NCBI GenBank assembly: GCA_036785375.1
Contig: JAWMAR010000377.1
Location: 1,550,001 to 1,614,000, forward strand
Origin: Leucoraja ocellata
Lineage: Eukaryota
DNA: 64,000 nt
Reading direction: 5' to 3'
Each line of letters opens with the position of its first letter. Position 1 is the stretch's first letter. The position numbers were made by a program, and so were the translations under genes. The notes under the pieces are model-generated. The model made no database searches. It worked only from the letters and a program-made list of their open reading frames with translations, and had not been told where the DNA came from. This document shows positions 25,600 through 37,636 of this stretch, piece by piece.

Positions 25600-26002
25600 T
25601 AGTGACACCAAAGGTGCAGCTAGAAAAGCTGCCATCCCATAACCCCAGCGACTGGGTTTGATCCTGACATTGGGTGCTGACTCTGTGGAGTTTGCACGCT
25701 CTTCTGGTGACCGTCGGTTTCCTCTGGTTTCCTCCTACATCTCAAAGATGCGTGGGTTGGTAGGTTAGTTGGTCATTGTAAAGTGTGCAAAAGGTAGAAT
25801 ATGACGGGGGCTGACAGGAATGAGAGAGCAAATGGGTTTATGGAAAATTAGTATAAGTGGATGGTCGATGGTTGGTGTGTATTTAGTGGACCTCATGGCC
25901 CGTTTGTGTGCTGATTGTGGATGATCAGCCATGATCACATTGAATGGCGGTGCTGGCTTGAGGGGCGGAATGGCCTACTCCTGCACCTATCATCTATTGT
26001 CT
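25600..26002 (+). mobile_element. Old V-SINE followed by a CR1 3' tail (25915-26002)
   Basis: gggtttgatcc B-box remnant; gatgatcagccatgatcac tail. Confidence 0.7.
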
Positions 26003-26740
26003 CTCTCAGAGACAAATGTCAAAGCTTGGCAGTAGTCCAGCATTTCTGTATCAAGCTACTCCACTGACAATACAACAATGTTTGTTGAACATTGACTGTT
26101 GGGCAAGCTTTGCTCCAAGCACAAAATTTGTCATCTTGTCATGAACTATACTCACTACTGATGCCACACTCACACCCAACCAGACCTTACGCAACAATGG
26201 CACCTTATTTAAACCTAAAAGTAACTTCAGGCACTTTAGACCTGAACAAAGATAACCTATTTCTATCTCTGTAAGACATAAACATGTCCCTGGACCTCGG
26301 GCCCATTACATTCTTACAATATATCCAAGGAATTATATACAAAAGTACATGGATAGGACAGGTTAGAGGGATATGGGCCAAATGCAGGCAAGTGACACTA
26401 GTGTAGATGGGACTGGCACAAAATAGGCCTTTGACCAAGAATGCTTTATGATGGAGCTAAAACGTTCAATCTGTTACACAGCAATGTTTCATGATTTATA
26501 TTTTGGAGCCTATTACTATAAACATCTCTTCCATATCCAAGGTATACTGAGCTATATTAAAACTAACTTTTCATACTGATAAATCAAGAAATTGGCTGTG
26601 TGGAATATGAAGACAAGACACATTCCCATGAGGAAGCCTGAAAAGATGCCAATCCTACGGGAACCGAGGAACAACCCACACAATAGTAGTTCTAGACATT
26701 AGTCATTGAATTAATTGAAAGATACAGAATAAAAGCAGAC

Positions 26741-26853
26741 CATCCCCCCCCCACTTCACCCCCCCCCCCCCCACTTCAACCCCCCCCCCCCATCACCCCC
26801 CCCCCCCACTTCACCCCCCCCCCCCCCCCCCATCACCCCCCCCCCCCCCCTCC
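26741..26853. repeat. C-rich minisatellite (poly-C plus acttca/atca)
   Basis: About seven poly-C runs separated by acttca or atca. Confidence 0.9.
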
Positions 26854-27891
26854 CAATCAATTGCACGTTCACAAGAGTTTTAAGTTATCCCACTTTTGCA
26901 CACAGGGGCAATTTACAGAGGCCAATTTGCCCAATTCTATCCCACCTCCATCTTTTCCCCACTGTATTACAATGTCTATAAAAGGGAATATCCACTTGAA
27001 CAATCTACCAACACGAAACATCGCATATCCATGTCCACCAGAGATGCTGCTCAATCCGCTGAATTACTCCAGCACCATGTTTTTGGAAAACTTGCTTCTC
27101 CATTAAAAAAACGTTTTATTCATGTTCCACTTTGCTTGTCAAATAATAATTAATGTAAATGCCATTTTTTTTTCTTTTAATTATTACAAGTTAATGTCAA
27201 ATAAAAAATATGACAATTAATTACAAAATAAGTCTCTATTACAGCTGAACACTGCTATTTTTCTTTCATCAGGCCACTGTTTACAAACATGTTTGTCGGG
27301 GTCTGCATATACTATTGAACATAAAGTACATTTTGTCCCCATAACATACAGTATTTAATCACGTCAAGTTGTTGCTTAAAGTCAGAGTAAGGCACCTTTA
27401 CTAAAGGTGATGATCCTCCTTGCATGAATCTATTAGTTTATAGTTACAGGTGTGTCAAGTGAAGAGTCAAATGTTGATTGTCCATCAGGGCACATCTGAC
27501 AAAAATTACTTTCAAATTTTAAACAAACAAAAATTAGGCCCATGGGTAATATATCAGCCCTTTGGCCCAACTCACCTTGCAGACCAAGTTGCAAACCGGA
27601 GCTTGTACCATTTGCTTGTGCTTAATTCAAAAGAGTCAGACTTTTGTCTGAACAAAAATATTAATTCAAGTTAGATTTCTGTACACAGAAGCTATATTGC
27701 ATGTTAATGATAGAATCAACATTCTGCCAAGTAACACCACTATAAAATCTTCATACCTCAGAATAACAAGTAAAGCTTGCCTTCATTAGTCAGTGCATTG
27801 AACACCAGAGTTTGGACATCATGTTACAATTGTACAAGACGTGGGCAAGGCTGCACTTGTAGTACAGTGTGCAATTCCGATCCCTGTACCA

Positions 27892-28090
27892 TGGGAGGTA
27901 GATGAGGTTGGAGGAGGTGCAGCTGAACCTCTGCCGAACCTGGAAAGACTGCTTGGGTCCTTGAATGGAGTCAAGGGGGGAGGTAAAGCGACAAGTGTAG
28001 CATTTCCTGCCATTGCAAGGGAAAGTGCCAGGAGAGGGGGTGGTTTGGGTGGGAAGGGACGAATTGACCAGGGAGTGACGGAGGGAGCGG
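27892..28090 (-). mobile_element. Penelope ORF fragment nested in a CR1 (27775-28335)
   Basis: ORF 27790 'PGTFPCNGRKCYTCRF...FQVRQRFSCTSSNLIY' matches ORF 57603. Confidence 0.9.
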
Positions 28091-28374
28091 TTTATAAAAT
28101 CATGTGGCAGATTCAAGATGAGTGCTCTAAGTCATTTCTAACGACGGGGAGTCTAAAACTAGAAGGCAAAAGTTTAAGGTGAGAGGAAAAAAAATTTAGG
28201 GACCCAAGGGTCAGGGTTTTCCACACAGAGGGGTGGTGGGTATATGGGCAGGAAAGATTTAGAGTGATAAGGGCCAAATGTTACTGATTTAGACAGGCAT
28301 GGATGGGGTGGATTGAAGGGCCTTTTTCCATGCGAGAACTATAATCCTATAACATAGGAATTGTATAGAAGTTT

Positions 28375-28883
28375 TGTAGCGGCAGATTTTCATATCTTTC
28401 AGGAAATTAACTCCCTAGTCGCTATTTGGACGAGCAGGGATAAGGGGAATATCTTTGATACGCATGCGATCTGGCTCACAGAGACCTTCAGAGCTTCTTC
28501 ACAGATAAGTCTTCAAAAACACTGATTAATAAATGCTTTATTGTTGATAGAAAACGGTAAAATACATCCAAACTTCTTCCGACGTTACTGCAATCTTCAT
28601 CGTACTCCAGCTTATTACTTCAAACATTAGAAAACTCCTCGTCTCTCCGTTACACTGGAATGATCTCCTTTTGATCTCGCATGGACCCTGCATGGTCGAA
28701 GGGTTAACCTTCTTCCTGCGGCCTCCAAACTACACTAAAAACTAAACTTCTGCGCAAACTTCTTAGCTCCAAACACGCCCCAAAACTCGTCATAAATCCA
28801 ACCCACAATATAACGGGCAGTCTAAAATTTAAAGGCACATGCTGTCATCATAGACATGCGAAACAGGCCAAATGGCCACTACA
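28375..28883 (-). mobile_element. Solo LTR
   Basis: TGTA...TACA termini; flanks agttt/agtat; homologous to 35467-35948. Confidence 0.82.
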
Positions 28884-29929
28884 AGTATTAAGCAGATGAT
28901 TTGCTACAAATACATCGATCACTAAAAAAAATTCAAAGTATTGTTACTGTAACAATAATGTCCATCATAGCTAGAGAAAATCTATGATAATAATTTATGA
29001 TTTAAATATTTTTTGTCAGATTCTCCCCTTTTTCATTGTTAAAAAGAGCTCAATAGTTATTAAAATTCAGTTTGCAAGCAGTAATTTCAAAAGATCAAGG
29101 TTAATCAGAATATTAATCTGCATTGGCAGCCTATGATAGCCCGTCGAGCGTTCCCATTTCCTGCAGTTGAAAGAGGCCAATCTGTGATTCATCACCTATT
29201 TTCCAATGACCTTAAAAATTCCACAAAGCAAAATACTGTCTACGAGGTTAAAACTATTAATTGGACATGCCTTGAACTAAGATACAACCAGTGACAATTG
29301 CTTGCGGATTGCACCCATAATGATTGTCTAATCATTTGGCAAGTCCATCTCCAGGCAGGTTTAGTAGATAATATTTCAACCACACACCAGTAGCAATGTT
29401 AGAACATTACTCAATACACAGGTGAAAATCCTTACAGACATTAAATGTGCATACTATGCTCGACTCTCAGGCAGGATATATTGGCTCAGAGGGAAATGTA
29501 GGTTAAAGAGATCAAAGTAGGAGAGCAATTTGAATAGATTATTTTACCAGGTGCTTGGAGAATTGAAGAACAAGAGAGCCAATTGAAAGGTGTTAGAAAG
29601 GTGAAAGATAATTAAACAAATCACTAAAAAAAAACAATGGTTATATTGTCCGTCTAAATCCAGGTAAGTGGTTCTCAAAATAAGATGATACTTTATTGTC
29701 ATACAGTATATACCTAGATGCAGTGACATTCTTTGTTTTGATTAGAATACACAAAGTGTGCGAAGAGTCACCACTTATAAGGGGCTGACAAAGTTACAAA
29801 AGTATTCATTATAGTCCCAACGCTCGCTCTTTATTCTCCCCCCCTCCCCCTACACAACACTGGATTCCTCTTTGTTCTCTTGAGCCCCCCCCCCCCATGC
29901 CTGATCACTCAGTAAAAAAAAAATTACAT

Positions 29930-29993
29930 TTCTTTACTCGGAGAACAAGTTCTTTACTCGGAGAACAACTTTCTTTACTCGGAGAACAAGTTC
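29930..29993. repeat. 20-21 bp tandem repeat x3
   Basis: (ttctttactcggagaacaag) x3. Confidence 0.9.
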
Positions 29994-30044
29994 TGACTCA
30001 GGTTGTGAAGGCAGAGTTAATGAATATTCAAGGCATATCAGTAT

Positions 30045-30140
30045 ATCTGTCTATCCATCCGTCCTTCTGTTTGTCCGTCCATCCACCCATCTATCCATCC
30101 ACCCATCTATCCATTCACCCATCTATCCATCTAGCCATCT
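30045..30140. repeat. Degenerate (ATCC)n microsatellite
   Basis: Direct inspection. Confidence 0.85.
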
Positions 30141-30339
30141 AACATAAATCCTGTTAAATTTTAAACTATTTTAAAATTAAAATTTTTAACTAAAAATTTA
30201 CTTTGGGTTTATCAATACCAGTTACTAAGAAATTAGACAAGTTTTAAATATTAGTTTACGATTGCCTTCTTAAGCAAGATAAATTTGTCTTTTTCCAGTC
30301 TGGCCCAAGCCCACAATGTTGTGGTTAACTCTTAAGCAT

Positions 30340-30587
30340 CAGGGGTAGGTCATTTAGGACTGAGTTGAGGAAAAACTTATTCACACAGAGAGTTGTGAAC
30401 CTGTGGAATTCTCTGCCACAGAAAACAGTGGAGGCAAATTCACTGGATGCTTTCAAGAAAGTTAGATATTGCTCTTAGGGCTTCGGAATGAAGGGATATA
30501 GGGAGAAAGCAGGAACGGGGTACTTTGAATGGCGGTGCTGTCTCGAAGGCCGAATGACCTACTAATGCACCTATTTTCTATGTTTCT
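30340..30587 (+). mobile_element. CR1 3' end
   Basis: cagagagttgtgaacctgtggaattctctgcc...ttctatgtttct. Confidence 0.85.
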
Positions 30588-30969
30588 TAGCTGACCTCCG
30601 TAATTCACCTCACACCATAAACGTGGCAACATTTGGCTAAAGACCATTGGTCCACTTCCAGCGGGAATACTGGTCCACTTCTACCAGCCAAGTTCACTAC
30701 TCTCTTAAAGGTCTTCCCCCACTGCCTTCTTGCTGCATTTGCTGGCCATTCACACGGGAGTCAGACAGCTGTTATCACCGCACTTAGCAAAAGATGTGCT
30801 TTTATTGTGCTTTTCACTATCTATTATTAGTTATTTAAAACAGGATTTTTTTCCTAAATTCACTACTGTTATAAAATTGCAGTAGAATTAGCCCGATTAA
30901 TTTAAAGTCAATTACACATCTTTTTGTTGAAGTATGGTCATTACACAACATAGTTTATTCACAACATAA

Positions 30970-31446
30970 AGGGCCTGTCCCACGAGCATGCGACCTGCAT
31001 GCGGCAAGTGTGACCAAACCGGAAGCGGGGGCCACACGGAGGTCGACTGATCCCCGTACAGGGCCGGTCCCACCAGCATGCACCTGCATGCGGCGAACGC
31101 GACCAAACCAGAAGTGGGGGCCACGCGGAAGTCGAGTGAGTGGCGTGAAGTTCGAGCGAAGTCCGCGGGAAGTTCGCACGTGACGTACGGCATCAAGACG
31201 CTGCGTATGCCCGTCGAGGCGGTGGGTACTGTGTAGAGGCGGCTGCGGACCGGCAGGCCGTTGCCGCATGGAATGTTTGAACACGGTCAGTTTTTCGGAG
31301 CCCCGCGCGATGTTGGGACCAGTTCCGCACATCTCCATACGGCTCCGGCGATCGAAGTCGGACCAGCCCCGCGAGGCCGTACGGCTCAAGAGACCACGTT
31401 AGGTCGTGCTTGCCACATGGAGTCGCATGCTCGTGGGACAGGCCAT
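30970..31446. mobile_element. PIF/Harbinger-type MITE with duplicated left end
   Basis: ~24-bp TIR AGGGCCTGTCCCACGAGCATGCGAC, TAA TSD; a second left-end copy begins at 31060. Confidence 0.88.
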
Positions 31447-31584
31447 TAAGTAGTGCACAGAGAACGCCAGGTACAAAATACTGGAGTTACTGAGCGGGTC
31501 AGGCAGCATCTCTGGAGAAAGAAAGTGGTTTGATAATGTACAGAGCGGTGTGATAATGGCCCGACGATCTGTTTTAGTGATATT

Positions 31585-31695
31585 CATTAAAGGATAACTG
31601 CTGGTCAGAATACCGGAAAGAACTTCCATGTTCTTTACAACAATCTTTCACATCTAATTCTGAGAATAAACAGTACCTTGCTTTAAAAGATGACA
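31585..31695 (+). mobile_element. Possible ancient DeuSINE (SacSINE1/AmnSINE1-like) remnant
   Basis: ggtcagaataccggaaagaacttccatgttctt...atctttcacatct resembles the Deu domain as I recall it. Confidence 0.4.
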
Positions 31696-32089
31696 AAGGC
31701 AGAATGCGGGATGACTATATAAAGAACAATTCATTGAACAGGTAAGCCACTCAGATAAAAAAGCCAGATAGTGTACATATGCGTTGTGATGCTATTAGTT
31801 GCTTCTGCTTCGTGGATATCTGGTAAACAGTAAATGACCATGATAAATGCGTTCATCGCATGACAACATAAAACGCAAACCCTCCTAGCTGGCAACAGGG
31901 CGGTTGACAAATAACCGGTGAAGTCATTTAGTCTGCCATTAACACTTAATAGCCTGCCATTAGTCTATGACCAGAGGCTATAGACTCAGAATAAAATAAT
32001 AGAATGTATTTTATTGTCACTCAAACAGCTTGGTTTGAACAAAATAGTCTTTCTACAGTCTTAACAATTACAAAAAAAACCAAGACCGT

Positions 32090-32370
32090 ACCTTTAGAGA
32101 GGACATACCTTTAGAAAGGAGATGAGGAAGAATTTCTATAATACGTGGTGAATTTGTGGAATTAATTGCCACAGATGGCTGTGGAGGCCATGTCAATGGA
32201 TATTTTTAAGGCGGAGATTAACAGATTCGTGATTAATAAAGGTGTCAGGATTATGGGGAGAAGGTAGGAAATGGGGTTAAGAGTGAGTGATAGATCACCC
32301 ATAATTGAATGGCAGAATAGACTTGATGGGACAAATGGCCTAATTCTACTCCTAGAACTGAAGACCTTAT
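32090..32370 (+). mobile_element. CR1 3' end
   Basis: cctttagaaaggagatgagg...aattctactcctag. Confidence 0.8.
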
Positions 32371-32569
32371 TTCAGGGGTCTAGGCTTCAACAGAGCCACT
32401 GTTACAAAGCAAAGCTCTTACATCTTCTCTATCCATTGGGTTGAGCTGATGGACAAATAAACAAAACAAATAGTGGGGGTTGGAGTGAAGTCTGGAGACA
32501 TTGCCAACACAAGAATGTTTGTGTTACCATAAGCTCCCGGAAAGAATTGGTAGATTCAAGAGTGGAAGT

Positions 32570-32860
32570 ATTCTTAGAATAAAGGGGAGGTCATTTAAGA
32601 CTGAGGTGAGAAAAAAAAAATGTCACCTAGAGAGTTGTGAATTTATGGAATTCCCTGCCACAGAGGGCAGTAGAGGCCAAGTCACTAGATGGATTTAAGA
32701 GAGCGTTAGATAGAGCTCTAGGGGCTAATGGAGTCAAGGGATATGGGTAGAAGGCAGGCACGGGTTATTGCTAGCCATGATTACAATGAATGGCGGTGCT
32801 GGCTCGAAGGGCCGAATGGCCTCCTCCTGCACCTATTTTCTATGTTTCTATGTTTCTATG
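32570..32860 (+). mobile_element. CR1 3' end
   Basis: RIKGRSFKTEVRK; (ttctatgt)n tail. Confidence 0.85.
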
Positions 32861-33537
32861 GAAGCTGAGCACTGAACAGGCTACTTTCATAAGGATACAA
32901 AACCAAACTAAAATCAGTCTTAAATCAGTTCAAATAATAGTAATATCTCAGACCAGTGGTCTGCAAGAAATACTTACATAAATCTTTGTATTTTCTCTAT
33001 GACCTTCAGACATGAATCACTATATAATTGATGGAGGAGCATTAGGATGTTGGAATTGGTATCTTCTGGAGCAGAACGTCAACTAGGCACTTAACAGTTC
33101 TGGAAATGAAACTGGTTCATTTTAAAATTGATTGAATAGACCAAATAGACAGCAAATTAATTCTTCCAGTGATCCATTTCCATTGTGGCATTGACTAAGT
33201 CAGCGATCTGTTCTTTGAAAGAGAGCACAATGTATGATGACCATTTGACGGCTCTGGGCCTGTGCTCGCTGCAGTTTAGAAAGTTAAGGGGGGAATCTCA
33301 TTGAAACCCACTGAATAGTGAAAGGCCTGGATAGAGTGAAAGTGGAGAGGATGTTTCCACTAGTGGAAGAGACTAGGACCCGAGGGCACAGCCTCAGAAT
33401 AAAAGGACGCACCTTTAGAAAGGAGATGAGTAGGAATTTCTTTAGCCAGAACGTGGTTGAATCTGTGGAATTAATTGCAACAGATGGTTGTGGAGCCCAA
33501 GTTATTTTTAAAGAGGAGATTGACAGGTTCTTGATTC

Positions 33538-33782
33538 ACGGTGTCTCACGGTGCGAGTTGACACACGAGGTACCCCGAGTTAAAACTCGTGGTAATAACG
33601 TACGATTAATGTAGCTGTAACATCGGAACTCGTAGATGCAACTTAGAGACTCGTGGCGCTAACGGCGTGAAACTTGTCAACTCTTGAAAAAAATCAAACA
33701 TATTTAAAGTTTTCCACGAGTCAAATCTACTCTTGTGATTAAGAATTGAAACTCGTTGTAAGAACGTAGTGGGCCGTGCGTT
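33538..33782 (+). mobile_element. Truncated MITE related to 12827-13133
   Basis: Shares aaactcgtggtaa, acatcgga.ctcg and cgctaacggc with the 12827 element. Confidence 0.65.
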
Positions 33783-33784
33783 TA

Positions 33785-34440
33785 GGTTTCAAGGTTTCAA
33801 GGTCAGTTTATTGTCACATGTACCAGTTAAGGTACAGTACATTTGAGTTACCATGCAGCCATACTAAGTGAAAAGCAACGAGACATTCCTCACTGTGATG
33901 GAAGGCAATAAAGTTCAATCTCCTTCCTCTTGTTCTCCCGCAGTCGGGGCGATCAAAGCCCCCGCAGCCAAAGATTGAAGCCTCATTGGGGTGATCGAAA
34001 CTCCTGCATCGGGGTGGTTGAAACTCTTTCCGCGGCATGGAGCTCCCAAGTTCTTCTTACCAGAGACCGCGGGCTTCACAATGTTAAAGTCCGCAGGCCC
34101 TGCGGTTGGAGCTTCGATCCACTGCAAATGGATCACAAGCTCCGCGATATTAAAGTTCCGCAGACTCCCGCAGCTTGGAGTGCCGGCTCGGTCTCCAGGA
34201 AAGGCCGCCAACTCCACGATGTTAGGCCGCAGTGGGGACGGAGATACGATATGGAAAAACATTGCATCTCCGTCAAGGTAAGAGATTGAAAAAAAGTTTC
34301 CCCCAACCCCACCACCCACCCCCCACATAAAACAAACCAAGGAATACTAAAACATACTTTTAACACATACTAAAAATAACAAAAAGAAGAAATGGCAGGC
34401 AGACTGTTGGTGAGGCAGCCATTGCTCGTGGCGCCACCCG
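33785..34440 (-). mobile_element. Non-autonomous GC-rich retroelement with (ttgaaacc)n tail
   Basis: Same architecture as 1160-2008: short GC head, T-rich leader, G-run, CpG core and a Rex1-like gtacatgtgacaataaa tail. Confidence 0.7.
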
Positions 34441-34688
34441 ATTAGTAAGGGTGTCAAAGATTACAGGGAGAAAGCAGGAGAATAGGGTTGAGAGGGAAAG
34501 ATAGATCAGCCATGATTGAATGGCAGAGTAGATCTGATAGGCCGAATACCTTAATTCTGCTCCTGTGACGTATGAACTTAATGTGTGCTTCGATTTCAAA
34601 ACTGTTATATAAACGGATGAGTTCCTCTAACAGATTGTTTTTACTCCAGATTACAACACCTGCAGTCTTTTGTGTCTACGTAAACTAA

Positions 34689-34975
34689 AGGGCCTGTCCC
34701 ACTTGGGCGACCTAATCCGCGAGTCCAGAATAGTGCCTTCGATCTTCAAGCTCGAGGGCACTCGCTTGGAAAGCCTCAAGCTGGATCAACCAGCCGCATT
34801 GAAACCACGAGCTGGATCGACCGAAAGGTGAGCTGCATCTACAGACCGCACACACACACACACACATAAACACATCGCGAAGGTGGGGGCCATGGAGAGC
34901 AGAGTAGTGCTGTCTGCGCAATGAAGATGAAGGTAAACGGCTGCCACAGAGTACGGTAAGTCCTTTAGAGAAACT
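34689..34975 (+). mobile_element. Left part of a PIF/Harbinger-type MITE
   Basis: taa-AGGGCCTGTCCCACTT...gcgacctaat matches the 59537 element; no right TIR seen. Confidence 0.7.
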
Positions 34976-35029
34976 GGATGAAAGGCAGTGAAGATGGATT
35001 GCAATATATTCACTATATTCTGTAGGTTC

Positions 35030-35425
35030 AGGTGAGCAGAGCAGTTGCCATGCCAGGCTAAGATGCATCTGTTAGAATGCTTTCCATTGTGCATCTGTTG
35101 AAGTTCATGAGACTCCTCGTAGACATGCTGAATCTTCTCCCGTGTCTAAGAAAGTAAATACGTTGATGCACTTTCTTGATCAGTGTGAAGGGACCAGGTT
35201 AGGTTGCTGGTGATGCAGATTTTCAGGAGCTTGAATCTGTCGACCCTCTGTCTATAGCAGCTCAATTGATGAGGACAGGGTGGTGTTCACCCGCTCACTT
35301 CCTTAAATCAACAACCAACTCTTTCATCTAGCTGATGTTAAGGGCTAAGTTGTTGTCCTGAGAGCATGAGCGAAGGTTCTAGATCTTTTTCCTGCATATC
35401 ATCTCATTGTTGTTGTAATGTCACC
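35030..35425 (-). mobile_element. Rex1/Babar fragment
   Basis: Minus-strand Rex1 ORF2 C-terminal similarity. Confidence 0.7.
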
Positions 35426-35444
35426 AATGTCACCGATGTCATTG

Positions 35445-36772
35445 GGAACTTCAAATTCGCCGACGATGTATTGGCCATTTGGCTTGTTTTGCATGTCATT
35501 GATGATGGCATGTGTTTTTAAATTTTAGACTGCCCGTTATATTGTGGGATTTATGACGTATTTTAGGGCGTGTTTGGGGCTATGTATCTCGTGCAGAAGC
35601 TTCGGAGTTAGTGGAGTTTTGGAACCAGCATGGAGAAGGTTTATCCTTCGACCATGCGAAGTGTAACGGAGACACGAGGAGTTTTCTAATGTTTAATGCG
35701 ATAAGCTGGAGGTCGATGATGATTATAGTAATGAGTCGGAAGAAATTTGGATGAACTTTATTGTGTTCATCAACAATAAATAATTTACTAATCAAAAGAC
35801 AGTGTTTTGGAAGACTTATCTGTGAAGAAGCTCTGAAGGCCTCTGATGGTGAGCTCGCATGCGTATGGAGACATTCCCCTTAACCACGCCGTCCATTTAG
35901 CAGCTGGAGGAACTAATCTCATGAACGATATAAAAATCGTCCGCTACAAACGAAACCACAGTAGTTGGAAGAATTACAAATGACGATGAGTCAGCGTATA
36001 AGAGGGAGATCAATAGATGGATCAAATGGTGGCAGCACAGCAATCTTGCTCTCAATATCAGTAAAACCAAGGAGCTGATTGATGACTTTGAGGAAGGTCG
36101 AGGATCCACAAACCTGTCTTCATTGATGGGACTGTGGTGCAGAGAGCCAAAAAGTTTACATTCCTGGGCGTGCATATCTCTGAATATCTGTCCTGGACCC
36201 AGCACATTGATGAAATCAACCATCAATATCACTACTTCCTTAAAAGATTGGGGAGATTTGGTATGTCAATGGATACTCTCTTGAATGTCTACAGGTGCAC
36301 AGTTGAGAGCATATTGACTGGTTGTATCATGGTCTGGTTCGGCAATTCGAATGCCCAGGAACAAAGAAGATTGCAAAAGGTGGTGAACATTGCCCAATCC
36401 ATCATGGGAACTGACCTCCACCATCAAAGGGATCTACAGGAAGCATTGCATCAAAAAGGCAGTCAGCATCATCAGAGACCCACACAGGAAGAAGGTACAA
36501 GTGCTTGAACGTCCAGGTTCAGGAACTGCTTCTTCCCTACAACCAACAGGCTACTAAACACTCCAACCTCCAAATAAGCATTGAAATGCATCGACTTAAA
36601 GGAATTGGTTTCATTTTCGTATTATTATTATTATTGATTGTTTCTTATATATACATATTATGGTGTTTATAGAGTACTACGTTTACATATCTGTGCTGCT
36701 GCAAGTAAGAATTTAATTGTTCCGTTTCGGGATACATGACCATAAAACACTCTTCACACTTAACTCTTGACT
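35445..36772 (+). mobile_element. Rex1/Babar LINE 3' half, interrupted by a solo LTR
   Basis: KFAD|TTVVGRITNDDESAY; ORF 36134 'FLGVHIS...RCTVESILTGCIMVWFGN'; tail ~36740-36772. Confidence 0.88.
35467..35948 (+). mobile_element. Solo LTR
   Basis: TGTA...TACA; AATAAA at 35775; flanks gacga/aacga. Confidence 0.85.
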
Positions 36773-36997
36773 TAAAGATTGAGTTGGCATTGCATTTGGC
36801 CATGCAGCCACAGAATGGAAAAAATGCTATAACCAATTATAACCGATTGAGATTTGTTGGTCAACCAGTTGAGGTGTACTGGTCAAGAAGTCCAGAAGCC
36901 ATTTATAGATGGAGGCCTCAGGTCCAAAGTCCACAAGTTTAGGGATGAGCTTATTTGGTATTAAGAATTTGAAGGTTGAGCTGTAGTAAATGAATAA

Positions 36998-37280
36998 TGG
37001 GGCAGTGCGTGGCATAGCAGTAGAACTGCTGCCTTAAAGTGCCAGAGATCCGGGTTTAATCATGACTAAGGGTGCTGTCTGTACGCAGTTTGATGTTCTC
37101 CCCGTGAACTGCGTGGGCTTTCTCGGGGATCTCCGATTTCCTTCCACACTCCAAAGACGTACACGTTAGTATGTTCATTGACTTGGTCAAATTGTAAATT
37201 GTTCCTAGTGTGTGTAGGATAGTGTTAATGTGCGCGGTCGGTGCTGACCGGGTGGGCCGAAGGGATTGTTTTTGAGCCGT
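36998..37280 (+). mobile_element. V-SINE
   Basis: tRNA-like head, cacactccaaagacgtac core, (ctaaa) tail. Confidence 0.85.
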
Positions 37281-37410
37281 ATCTCAAAACTAAACTGAAA
37301 AAATAACATCCTGACATAGTTGTTCTTATTGACCAAAGTGATCCAGGACTAACTCTAGTGCAAAAGAGATAGTGTCCTCAGAAGACCTGATTTCTGTCAC
37401 TGGGATATAA

Positions 37411-37636
37411 TGCCCCTGTCCCACTTAGGAAACCTGAACGGAAACCTCTGGAGACTTTGCGCCCCACCCAAGGTTTCCGCGCGGTTCCCAGAGGTTGCAG
37501 GTGGTTGCTGGAGGTTGCAGGTAGTGGAAGCAGGTAGGGAGACTGACAAAAACCTCCGGGAACCGCACAGAAACCTTGGGTGGGGCGCAAAGTCTCCAGA
37601 GGTTTCCGTTCAGGTTTCCTAAGTGGGACAGGGGCA
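37411..37636. mobile_element. Palindromic PIF/Harbinger-type MITE
   Basis: ~85-bp near-perfect TIRs beginning TGCCCCTGTCCCACTTAGG; TAA TSD on both sides. Confidence 0.93.

Larger units (their letters stand above)
33230..34580 (+). mobile_element. CR1 3' end split by nested insertions (33538-34440)
   Basis: ORF 33318 has CR1 motifs; the CR1 resumes at 34441 (attagtaagggtgtca). Confidence 0.85.

Noticed and set aside
29930-29993. CRISPR-like direct repeats
   Set aside because: Head-to-tail with no spacers, in a vertebrate genome.
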